Under the pieces are notes generated by a model. The model worked only from the letters and a program-made list of their open reading frames with translations, was not told the origin of the DNA and ran no database searches. 64,000 bases of DNA from Trichoplax adhaerens. Taxonomy: Eukaryota > Animalia > Placozoa. Location: the NCBI RefSeq assembly GCF_000150275.1, contig NW_002060949.1, positions 3,540,449 to 3,604,448 on the forward strand. Direction: 5' to 3'. Of this stretch, positions 17,301 through 28,783 are shown in pieces (the first letter of the stretch is position 1; the number at the start of each line of letters is the position of its first letter). The translations under genes and the position numbers were made by a program.

Positions 17301-20300
17301 GTGGAGGGGCTTTAATCAAAGAAGAGTGAAAAAAAAGTGGTTAACAGTAATGTATTACCTCGTTGTCATGGGAGATTATTTTATCCATTTCGTTTTGTAC
17401 CCTTATTAGAAAGACATGGTCCAGTGAGTACCGGAGTAAGAAGTATTTGGTTGAAATAGTCCAATGATAGAAATATTGGCTAGAGCATAAAATCTGTCTA
17501 GTCCATGATATAACACACGGCCACGGTTAATTAATTAAACTTACTGAAAAAAAATGGCCTTTGAAAAGGCATTTTTTTTCTTTCATGGACGGAGGGATAA
17601 AAAAGATTTCCAATATGATATGAATTTTTATTGTTTCAAATCTGCACAGGGGAAATTAAGCTAGAAAAGACAATTATTTGCACCTTTCGGTGATGTTATG
17701 TTTTACTTTGCATGAGTTAACTTGAATACTAGGCTTTTTATCCAATCTAGAATGATGATAATTTACTGTTTAAACCATGTTCATCATAGATTTTTCTCAC
17801 CATCATGAAAAAGATACTATAATACAATAAGACGATCCTCTACAGATTTTATCCCATTGATTTCCATTACATGATATATTGACAATTATCCACAGGATGA
17901 CCTAGTGAGGAGCTGGTAATTAATTAATCTACATTACGCCATTGAATGCATACATACAATAACGTATAAAATCATCACAAATAGAGATTGAAAACACTAC
18001 TATAATTACAATCATTCCCAAGTAGCTGGCTTAAAGAAATGGACTAAATCAATGAACCACAATATTAAGTTGGAACATTGTCAAAGTGGTTCATGAAATA
18101 TTATTGTCTTGCTTACCATTTTTTGTAATAGTGCCAAGAATGAATAAAAATTCAATTCTCTACATAATTAAAATAATTAAAACTAATATCAGAGCTGACT
18201 CTGTTTTTTTATCGATTATTTCTTTTGTGCAATAACATCGAAATTGACATGTTGACTAGTATTGGATAGACATTAATCCTGCCATTGAAGTAATAGACTA
18301 TATTATTCCTACTATTTTTTTGCATAACTATGTTGAAGGCTTGAACCATGGACGAGCTCACACTCCGGTTGATCCCATTGCTTGAATCGTATTTGAGTCG
18401 TTTACCTAATGGAAACTTTTTCGCAGCATCTTGTAATATTACATTTATGATATCAAGAGATGTCAATTTATAACTCAGCCCTGAAAATATAGTCTATTAG
18501 TTATTTTTAAAAGATATTGACTAGAACGAAATGAGTTTGAGCATTTTATAATTGAAAGAAATATATTCTATCAATGTTGAAGTTGTTCTATGTTTAACAT
18601 TCTTGTTGAATTTAGCAATTGTTATGAATTTCATTAGTGCCTACTTACCAATCGCTTTTAATGAATAACACGCTAATCCATTCTACCTTTTATTTCAATC
18701 TAGATCATTTTATCATCCTTTTTGAGTCCTTTTATTATCAAGTTACTTAAACATAGGGCTGGATACCTAGCGGTAAGCCGATCCTAACATTACTGTAGCA
18801 AAGTACTCAGATATTGTCCAAATACGTAACATGATTAATTTAATTTAATATTATTAAATTGGATTACTTTTGCTTGATGCTTACTAGAACTATTACAGTT
18901 TATTATAGTTAACACCATAATTACGATAGAGCAACATGGTAAGGTATCAATGAGCGTTACTAGAGTATTTTTTTGCTTATTTCTTGCGGCTAACTAGTAT
19001 ATAATGAAGAAATATTACTAGATATTCATCATTCGTCATGATAGAATCGCGATCAAGCATTTACAAAGATTTACCGTACTGTATAATCAACACCTTTATG
19101 CTATATTTTGTTTCTACATTTGTTAAGAGTTAAATCGTGTCTTCTGATGGAACACGGAACAATTATCTACAATTACATGATTCATCTTCTTCCTGTTTGT
19201 ACATAAATAATTCTATTATTTATGTATCATAAGATTTAAAATCAATTTCTAGATGCAGTATTAATAATATAACTTTGATGACGATGTACTACATTCTATT
19301 TCGCCTAGCTTAGCTTAAATAGCCCACTCAAGTGCAACTTCAATATTTAGATTGGAATACTATCTTATCCTAAAATTTAGATATAGCTGCCTATTTAGTT
19401 CCACTGTCACTGACGTAAATTAACAGATCTAGTCAATGATATATTGTAGTGGACGTATTATTTTTACATCATGTAGTCATCTGTCAATGTAGTCATATAC
19501 GGTAGTCAATGCATTTATACTCGTATTCGCATTAAATTTATTTCTTACTATTATTAACTTCAAGTGAGTTATTTGATGAGTTGTGAACAAGCTACGTCAC
19601 CGCCATCGATGCTAACATTTATTTCTTACAGTGAATAACGTCAAGTGAATTATAAGATGTAGTTTGTTCACAAACTGTATAAGAAGTGCTAGGCACACAC
19701 AGCTCTACTATATATACATTTTACATATATGTAAGAATATATTTACGTAAAATGCCCGATATTCTCTGAATATTGTAAAGGTATTGTAAATAATTTTGGT
19801 GAATTGGTAATCGCTAACATATTCACGCTGTATTTCTAGGTTGCAGCTAGATTGGCCTTTCCAATACTAACTATTGCGGCTATCATAACAACGTTGGTTT
19901 TTGAATCTCTTAGCCTCTTTTCGCCATGGCGTTCACCCAGAAATATTATATCAGTCGTGTATTTGGTGTTTGCAGTCATAGCTGCTGCTTTACATTTCCG
20001 ACTAGCTTATTCCATGTTTGGAAAAGGCTTTGATACGGAAACGGTATAATAATATCTCGAATAATTATTTTAATGTAATATTTATCACTAGCTGTAGTAG
20101 TAATAGCTGTAGATAATGTCGATATTGCTTAGATAAATTTAGTATGATAAACTATATAGCAATACTAAATGTACAAATCTCTTAAAACACTAAGTATATA
20201 GTTTTGGCTGCTCTTAATTTCAATAAGTGAATAACATATAAATTACGGTAGTTGATGAATTACGATTAGAAAACTTTTAATTATTATTTCTTTATAGCCA

Positions 20301-22381
20301 CATAATTTGATTTTGATACGAAAAGTCTTTATAATTACAGTATGTATTATAATATTAAAAGTAAAAGATGAGCTGGAACGTCTATAGTACACTAGTTAGA
20401 TCATTTTCTTGTTGTATTGTCATTAACACGGTCGATAAGAATATTTTTTCTTCGTACATATACGTAAATTTCTAACGTAATTAATCTTAAAATTTACTCG
20501 TTATAGTACGCAATTGATAAAGAAGAATCGGATAAAATTGATAACGTTATACTAAGACGTCAATATCAAGCAAATGTTGGCCACCCTGAGTACATTGTTA
20601 CATATGGACAGAATGATAGCGAAAGTGGCTATATACCAAATCAGGAAGGCATCGATTCTAATCTTGTCATTCATCTAGGAGATGCTATTTATCGATATGA
20701 ACGTAATGCAAGTAAAGAAACTATGAGCCTTGGCTCTTTGTCTAACGCAAACGTAGAGGATCGACGAAGCTACGTTAGTGGACCAATGGTAGCATATTCC
20801 AATAGTAGTCTCAACTTAATAGGTTCACAAAGCCGGCCAAATGTTAAAAATAAGATTCAATCTGTAAGTAATACTAGCTTGCGTACAGCTGATAGTTTGG
20901 CTAGTTCACAATCATCCTTTTTTGGCCGATCAAATGGAGCTGTTACTGAAGCAGTAGTGGTATGCGAGTACAACGGGCTTCAGAAAAATGCGACTTCGAA
21001 TAGTATTGACAGATCTGATCAAAGGAAAGCTCAGTCAAGTGGAGAAGCAGCTACTGCAAACAAAAATAAAAGACAATCTAGTAAACTCAACAATCAACGT
21101 GAAAATATACCAAAGAACAATACTAATAATGAAGGTGTGCGTGTTATTTCTAATAAAGTGCAAAATCAAGAAAGAAATACCGCGGTAAGCGAGGTAGCGA
21201 CTTCTAATTATGCTGTATGCCATTCCAGAGGCAGTCTGAATGCATTGGGCAGCAAAGATAGCTTAGTAGACCAAGTCGAAAAACAGCGCACATCGAGCCG
21301 TGATGGTACATTAGAATTTCAAGGTGTACGGAAAGCCAATAGTAAGAGTAGCTTAGTGGATCAGTGGCGATCAGGTAATAGCAGTGAAAGCTTGCATTCC
21401 ACTAAGAGGCGTGCTAGTCGTGATAGCAATGCTAGCAACCACCTCGTCACTAGCGACGGTGTTGGTTATAATCAGGGACAAGCAATTACAAATACGCTGT
21501 CGACAAACGATCAAGCAGCTATTTATGAACCTTTAATGAGTACTCCCATAAGTGACAATAGTAACGTACCGTTGAGCGAATACCCTGATCATAATATGAA
21601 GAAATTTAGTGACTTTATAAACCAGGGAAAGTATAATACTCAACCGAGCTCAACTAACAATCCCAGTAGCTCCAATCAACCAGAAATAACTCAGCCTGTG
21701 AATGTAGTAGCTTCAACTTCAAAACCAGTCGAAAGTGTTATTAATGCTCAGCACAGAGACAAAAATGAACGACCACTTTCTGCTGACGTTGTTAACTTAA
21801 GACATGATGCAAAGCAAAAGCAAGGAAATGTTGTAATTGCACCTAGTATTGGTGTTGGCCAGCAACCCCGAGCATCCGATACTTATTCAGTGGTATCAAA
21901 TGCGAGCTTAGAGATGCCTTGGCTAGGAAACGGAGGTGGTCAACGCGACAGCATTTATTGCAATCCTGATACTGCAACATTACGTAATGCTAGAGATAGA
22001 TTTAAATTAGCCGATAGATTGTATAATGATTTGAAAAAGATGCACAAAATTGAAGAAGATGCAGTTATTGCGGTTATCAAAGAGTACAAAGATATTATCC
22101 CTGTGTTAGGCGAAAAACATCAAAATCTCCGTGGCAAGGTCTATTGTAGAATCGCAAGGGTCTACTACAACTATTTAAAGAAAGAAGAAATCGCTGGTAA
22201 ATATGCGCAGAACTCGTTGCAGTTGGCACCTGAGAATAGTCAATCTGAAGTATGGTATAAAGAAGCCCAAGATATTCTACGTAAAGTTAAGCGTAAGGAA
22301 GAATGGCAAGACAGCATTAAAAGGAACCGATTAAGTAAATTAAGCGATACCGCCGATACGAAGTATTATTATACGTCATAG
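14377..22381 (+). CDS. Uncharacterised ~760-780 aa protein: four N-terminal TM helices, long S/N-rich disordered tail, C-terminal TPR-like helical module
   Basis: Phase-0 exons are 14377-14514 (ATG|gtaagt), 18704-18772 (tag|ATC...GCG|gtaag), an optional 18899-18943, 19840-20043 (tag|GTT...ACG|gtataa) and 20507-22381. The last exon (tag|TAC) is open for 72 codons and in frame with the 552-aa ORF. Hydrophobic segments: LIQIFMYGCLICGLVTAAMTGITFW, LTLLIVLCIGSAMIILSSFLSPFII, LAFPILTIAAIITTLVF, IISVVYLVFAVIAAAL. Confidence 0.72.
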
Positions 22382-23739
22382 TTATTGGGTATTAATGGCC
22401 ATATTTATATAAGATATGAAAGGAAGGCATTGAGGGTGGAAAGACTGTACTGTATAATATCAGGTCATTTTCTTCTATATCTAACTGTAAGAGTTATTGT
22501 TTAAACTAGTCATGGATTGACTGAGTGATTTTATTGAATTCACTGTAATAAAGATTTTAGAGAACATAGGCTGTAATTTTGTGAATAATTGATCCAATCT
22601 GTAACTATGGCTAAGGAAATGAGAGATTTTATTCTATTACAACTGTTATTGTGTAATATGTGATATTAGTACTTGCGCGTATGTAGTGTTGCTATTATTC
22701 CAGGTCGTAAGATATCCAGATTCTTGACTGATGGTGAAATTTCAACTTATCGGTCATTGAAGTATGTGCATTTTTGGCGTATATTTATGCAATGAGCCAG
22801 TAGAAGCCATGTTAATATATAAAATGTATATCTATACATGTAAAAATAATATATATGTATGCGTTTGTTACTTAGATGATTGAAGGTCAATTGATCTCAT
22901 CGCCATTATCACTCATTTCAATATTATTAATGTGTATTTTTGTTACAAACATCCTAAGATTATCACCTTTACAGTCTGGATTGACTACTCACTTCTGTTT
23001 ATTATAATTGAGCGATTGTAAAATTGTTGTGATTATGTAGATCACAAATATACGATTCTACAAGGAAATAACTGTACACTTTTATCTAACCTGTCATAAT
23101 TCATTTAGATATTCGGTTGGGAAACAGTATTTATCTGATATAAACGTCGTGCCTTGCAGTTTTTATTTACTGCATTTCGATGTTACTTTTTTATTGAGGA
23201 ATTTTGTTTGAGTAAGAAAAGAGTTGTTTTTTCAGATTAAATCATGATTGTTGATACTTATTCTTCAACATTTCATTTAGATCGAATAAAATCAACGAAA
23301 TACCACGCAATAGTTGTCGTTTTATGGATTAATATGATGTTATGGATAGTAATATACAATCTTTGTATATTGTCAAATCTACAGTACATCGAGTGCAGCT
23401 TATATGATGTTAGCATACAGTAAAGTATGTTCATATGAACATTTTTTAAAATCAAAATTACTTGAGATAAATGATTGGCGATAGCTTTACCAACGATTAA
23501 CAAAGGCCATGGTTAAGTTTTTTTCACAATGGCTTTTTTTATTAACCTAAAGAGTCCAAAATTAGAACATTTATGACGACAATAAATTATATTTATAGCA
23601 CTCATTATCATATAATTAGTACCATTATAACTTCATCTAGTGCAAAATACGACATTTAATGTTGAATATTTATTTAGTCAAGCGTTTACTATGCCAATCT
23701 TCATTTTCAGTAGTTACATAAAATCAATTTCGTTAAGTG

Positions 23740-24150
23740 CAAAAATATAACATCCGCTGCTCAATTATTTTAATCTAGCATTTTATATTTACTAATCTTT
23801 ATTTATTTATGTGCGCGTAGGATTAATTTTATGCTATGCAAAGTACAATATTTGCTAATCTTTATTTATTTATGTGCGCGTAGAATTAATTTTATTCTAT
23901 GCAACGTACAATATCTACTGTTCAATAGTTTTTAGTCTATCGCTTTTATTTTTACCAATCTTCATTTATTTATATCGAAGCAATTTCATAATGTGCAGAA
24001 TACAATATCCACCATTCAATGGTTTTAGTGTAGTATTTTATTTTATCAACTTCATATATGTACAGCCAAGCAATTTTATGATGTGCATAATACAACATCC
24101 GCTGTTTTGTTATTTTAATCTAGCGTTTTACTTTACTAATCTTCATTAAT
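23740..24150. repeat. Degenerate older copies of the ~92-bp minisatellite, including a ~63-bp local duplication (about 23792-23915)
   Basis: The words ttttaatctagc/ttttagtctatc/ttttagtgtagt, atcgaagcaattt and aatatccacc recur at roughly 90-bp spacing. Confidence 0.7.
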
Positions 24151-24464
24151 TTATACGTATACGCGTATGTTATAATTCTATTTGCAGCGAGAAAAAATGA
24201 AAGCTATTACAGAAACTTAACACTACGAGTCTACTGCCAGGTATGTCCTCCCCTACATCGACCGACATTGAGGACGCTAAATATTGACGGCTTCCTATCG
24301 TTAGGAGGAACGGTCACCAATACTTATTGGATAATCTAAAAGCAAGCACTTATTTATTGAAAAAAACATGGAAAAAGTCATCGATAAATTGATACTAAGA
24401 CATTCCTAGCAAGAAGCCATGTTATGGCTGTTAAGCTTCCGTATTAGCGTGGAATGAACTAATT

Positions 24465-25445
24465 ACTTTTTATAACGTGTAAAATGTAATGTAATATCCA
24501 CTGTTGCAACAGTTTTAGTCTAGCGTTTTTTATTTTTTATCGATCTTCATTTATTTATTTATATCGAAGCAATTTTATGACGTCAAAATGCTATATCCAC
24601 CCTACAACAGTTTAGCGTTTTATTTTATCAACTTCATTTATTGATATCGAAGCAATTTTATGATGTGCAAACTCAATATCCACCCTTTAACAGTTTTAGT
24701 CTAGCGTTTTTATTTTGACCAACTTCATTTATTGACATCGAAGCAATTTTATGATATACAAAACTTAATATCTACTGTTGAACAGTTTTAGTCTAGCGTT
24801 TTTATTTTGACCAATTTCAAATATTGATATTGAGGCAATTTTATGATGTGCAAACTCAATATCCACCCTTCAACAGTTTTAGTCTAGCGTTTTTATTTTG
24901 ACCAACTTCATTTATTGATATCGAAGCAATTTTATGATATGCAAAACTTAATATCTACCGTTGATCAGTTTTAGTCTAGCGTTTTTATTTTGACCAACTT
25001 CATTTATTGATATTGAAGCAATTTTATGACGTGTAAAATTTAATATCTACCGTTGAACAGTTTTAGTCTAGCGTTTTTATTTTGACCAATTTCAAATATT
25101 GATATTGAAGCAATTTTATGATGTGCAAACTCAATATCCAACCTTCAACAGTTTTAGTCTAGCGTTTTTATTTTGACCAACTTCATTTATTGATATCGAA
25201 GCAATTTTATTGATATGCAAAACTTAATATCTACCGTTGATCAGTTTTAGTCTAGCGTTTTTATTTTGACCAATTTCAAATATTGATATTGAAGCAATTT
25301 TATGATGTGTAAAATTTAATATCCACCATTGAACAGTTTTAGTCTAGCGTTTTATTTTGACCAACTTCATTTATTGACAGCGAAGCAATTTTATGATGTG
25401 TAGAATTTGACCTCCACTACTTGATTAGTTTTTAGACTAGCGTAG
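24465..25445. repeat. Minisatellite, about 10.5 copies of a 91-93 bp unit
   Basis: The unit aacagttttagtctagcgtttttattttgaccaa...gaagcaattttatga...aatatc.. starts at 24508, 24606, 24689, 24781, 24872, 24964, 25056, 25147, 25240, 25332 and 25424. Confidence 0.95.
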
Positions 25446-26059
25446 CAATCTTCATTTGTTTTTATACAAGTGCACAGTACATTATCTAATACGATCATGG
25501 CTTGAACTTCTATTTGCAATACTTTCGTTTTGTGTCTTGGGTACTTTATATTTACATTCTATCATTGACGTTGATGGAAATTTCCTACACTATTTCCCCA
25601 CAATTTTGCCTACGGTATACTGTATATGTCACGGTACACTAGCCTGCTTGGCGTTCCTCATATTGTCTATAGTTCTGTGTGTCAACGTATAGCCAAAGAC
25701 GGTGTTGAGTTACATCATTCTACAATAACAGTCTATCCCACTTCAATAGACTCGACTTATGCAAGTTGCTCAACAGATCCGCCATATTTGCGCCATGTAG
25801 AAGTCGATTAAAAGAGGAAACTATCTTGGATTTGCGATTTAGTAGCCATTATTTCATCGGTAGAAGGCAATCATCTTGGAAATTATTGATCTATTGTCAC
25901 AAAATTCATTCCTAACCATCGAGACTACGTTATATCAAAAATTTCAACGAGGGTGGATGAGGGCGTTGTCTTTGTCAGGACTCTTCATTTCTAGCCAGTG
26001 TTGGAACATCCATACGACGATTGAATTGATCGTGGCTTACTTTCATTGCTTACACCCAT

Positions 26060-28783
26060 ATGGAAGGCAAATGGAATGAATCAACTCCGATGCAATCGAT
26101 TCTTTGCAAGTTTCAATCCATTAATCAACAATTTGAACGAATGAAATGCAATGACAAAACAAAAATAGACGATTATATCCTTATTGTTGATGGCTTGAAG
26201 AGTATTATCGATCTTCTAGAAAACCCTCAAGACGATCGCCAAAAGAGTAGTCTAAAAGCCCAAACTTGTAGTAGGATCGGTAGTATCTATTATCATCTAA
26301 TCCAAAATAGCGGTAAAGCCAAGATTTACTTCGATATGTGCATAGAATTGGGTGCTCAAAGTGCTTGGTTTGAAAGTTGGTACGTAGAAGCAGTGCAATT
26401 ATCCCAAAAAATTCAATCCGATGCTCAACGAAATCGATCAGATTGGCAAACATTCGAAAATAATTTACCCAAACAGACTACTTCGGGTGTAAATAGTCAC
26501 AATCAGTCGGATTGGAAAGCATTCGAGAAAGATTTACCTCGTCACGATACTGCCAGTGTAAATAGTCACAATCCAATGGATGATGGAAGCGATCAGAGTC
26601 AAACTCCAACAACGGCTGAAATTAAATTATCATCTATTATCAAGAAATTACAGGCTGCAGACAAGCAATTAGATAAATTACGAAGCAATAGCAATTACCA
26701 AACTGACCAGGTCTTGATTTTAATTGATACGTATAAGCAAATTCTACCTATAGCTATGGACGACGAAATCCATGATAGCAGTGTAATCGCTAAAACAAAC
26801 AGTAGGATTGGACTATTATTTTATCAATTCTTGAAAAAACCAGAAAAAGCCAAAGTCTATTTCACACGTTGTAAAATCGTTCATCAGGCCAACAATGATG
26901 GTAATAGCAATGAAGAGGATTGGTACCAAGAAGCCAATACTATGTTAAATTTAATTCAACAAGAAGATCATCCTAAACCTACTGAGGGTACGCAAAACCA
27001 ATCTTCTTGTAAGAGTAATCTTCATCAATCTATTCAAGGTCAACGTCCGACTAATGACAGCTCTCCATGGCGCCAACATTTTCCTGACTCGTTTGAAAAT
27101 GATAAAACTAATGGCAGCTATTCTACTTTTATGGATCATGTTAGTCATGATACTAAAACTGTTTTTACTGACGAAGATTTATTCTCATCATGTAATGGCG
27201 ACGATAGTCCAATTGAAGTAATGCTAGATTCGACCAATAAAGAATACAATTGTATAATTAAAAGTATGAATCATAACAATAATACTACTACTTTAAAATT
27301 AATTCAGACATATCAACAACTTATTCCTCGTTTCCATCCTTCACAATATCAAATTGTTGCTGAGATACAATCTAAGTTAGGAAATATTTACTACAAAATC
27401 ATTCGAAATTTAAATAAAGCGAGAGAATTTTACGTTAAATGTATTCAATTAATGGACACGCATAGTAATAAGGATGAAAATTCAGCAAGCGATTGGCTAA
27501 TTGCAGCTCGTCAGTCACTCGATCAAATCAATAAATTGAAGGCAGCTAGTGACCGTTGCAATGTAAATGCTTTTCAATATGACAATTCGATGTCAAATGA
27601 CTTTGGTCAAAGCACCAGTGGTAGTAATAATCAGTGGTCATTTAATTCTGGTTATACGATATTTGACTCTTATTGGACGCCTCAAAACGTCTTTATAGCG
27701 AAATTAAAACTTGATGTAGCAGAAGAGAAATTAAAACGTTCGCTTCATTCCAATAGCACCAATTCTGATTTACTCACACAATTGAAGAAAACCTTTCAAG
27801 AAATTATTCAAAGTGCTATCTTTAATGAAGAAAACTTAAAAGCAAGAGCATATTATAATATTGCCCTAATGCAATATCATTTAGATGTTGACAAAAATGC
27901 GGCAAGAACGGGCTTAGAAGCATGTATTAGAGAGGCGGGCAGTAGTTGTACAACTGAGCAGTGGTATCAAGATGCACACCAACTATTAAAAACAATAATA
28001 CGAGGAGATAATACTGCATCTACTTCGAGTAAGCAATCAACCACAACTGAAAGAACAGATATTGATCCTTCATCTTTTTCGTACGACAATCATATTAGAT
28101 TACAAATTGCTAAGCAAAGGTTTCATACTTCTGATCAAAAATTAAATACTCTCCAAGAAGCTAACGACAGCTGCGATCGAGATTTTGAAGCGTTAATTTT
28201 AATTGATTCATATAAAGAGATTATTTTCTTATTAAATAAAAATCATTTAGATCTAATAGCTCAAGCTAACTGTAGAATTGGGAAAATCTATTATTACATT
28301 GTCCGAAATAACGATAAAGCTATACATTACTGTCAACACTGTATTGATATGGCATCAAAGGAGTCGCGACTAGAGAGCTGGTGTAGAGCGGCATTTGATA
28401 TTATTCAGAAAATCTCAAAAGAAACGGAAGAAAATATTAATAAGCAAGAAGAAGATAATTTTGACATCAATACTGAGCTTATTCAGGAAGAAGAGAATCT
28501 ACGACAATCTTGTAACAGCATCGAGAAGCTTTTACGTTTCATTTACCAAAAGTATCCACTGCCTCAATACAGAGAGAAAAGCTATCAGTTACCGAAAGTT
28601 ATTACCATCTCTCAGGAAAAGCGATTGTTGAATAAGGCTCTAGTACATTATCATCCAGATCGCAATTCTAGGCGCGAATACGGTTTAAGATGGTATAAAC
28701 GGTGCGAAATGATAACAAGATGTATTAATGAATGTAAGAAGAAAGCTGCTATCGCTAATTGGGCTACGTTTGAGAATGTATGA
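26060..28783 (+). CDS. Intronless 907-aa protein with five TPR-like helical modules and a C-terminal J-like (HPD) domain
   Basis: A 2.7-kb uninterrupted ORF with an in-frame stop just upstream. It has five copies of a ~105-aa module (…Y-K-x-I-I…A…R-I-G-x-I-Y-Y…K-A…C-I…W-Y-x-E-A). The C-terminus is KRLLNKALVHYHPDRNSRREYGLRWYKRCEMITRCINE, with HPD at 28652-28660. Confidence 0.88.
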   Translation: MEGKWNESTPMQSILCKFQSINQQFERMKCNDKTKIDDYILIVDGLKSIIDLLENPQDDRQKSSLKAQTCSRIGSIYYHLIQNSGKAKIYFDMCIELGAQSAWFESWYVEAVQLSQKIQSDAQRNRSDWQTFENNLPKQTTSGVNSHNQSDWKAFEKDLPRHDTASVNSHNPMDDGSDQSQTPTTAEIKLSSIIKKLQAADKQLDKLRSNSNYQTDQVLILIDTYKQILPIAMDDEIHDSSVIAKTNSRIGLLFYQFLKKPEKAKVYFTRCKIVHQANNDGNSNEEDWYQEANTMLNLIQQEDHPKPTEGTQNQSSCKSNLHQSIQGQRPTNDSSPWRQHFPDSFENDKTNGSYSTFMDHVSHDTKTVFTDEDLFSSCNGDDSPIEVMLDSTNKEYNCIIKSMNHNNNTTTLKLIQTYQQLIPRFHPSQYQIVAEIQSKLGNIYYKIIRNLNKAREFYVKCIQLMDTHSNKDENSASDWLIAARQSLDQINKLKAASDRCNVNAFQYDNSMSNDFGQSTSGSNNQWSFNSGYTIFDSYWTPQNVFIAKLKLDVAEEKLKRSLHSNSTNSDLLTQLKKTFQEIIQSAIFNEENLKARAYYNIALMQYHLDVDKNAARTGLEACIREAGSSCTTEQWYQDAHQLLKTIIRGDNTASTSSKQSTTTERTDIDPSSFSYDNHIRLQIAKQRFHTSDQKLNTLQEANDSCDRDFEALILIDSYKEIIFLLNKNHLDLIAQANCRIGKIYYYIVRNNDKAIHYCQHCIDMASKESRLESWCRAAFDIIQKISKETEENINKQEEDNFDINTELIQEEENLRQSCNSIEKLLRFIYQKYPLPQYREKSYQLPKVITISQEKRLLNKALVHYHPDRNSRREYGLRWYKRCEMITRCINECKKKAAIANWATFENV

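Noticed and set aside
17547-17579. Hairpin aaaaaaaatggcctttgaaaaggcattttttt resembling an intrinsic terminator or histone stem-loop
   Set aside because: It lies in a eukaryotic intron, does not match the histone 6-bp stem/4-nt loop consensus, and there is no histone gene.
24465-25445. CRISPR-like array
   Set aside because: The whole 92-bp unit is repeated, there are no unique spacers and no cas genes, and the context is eukaryotic.
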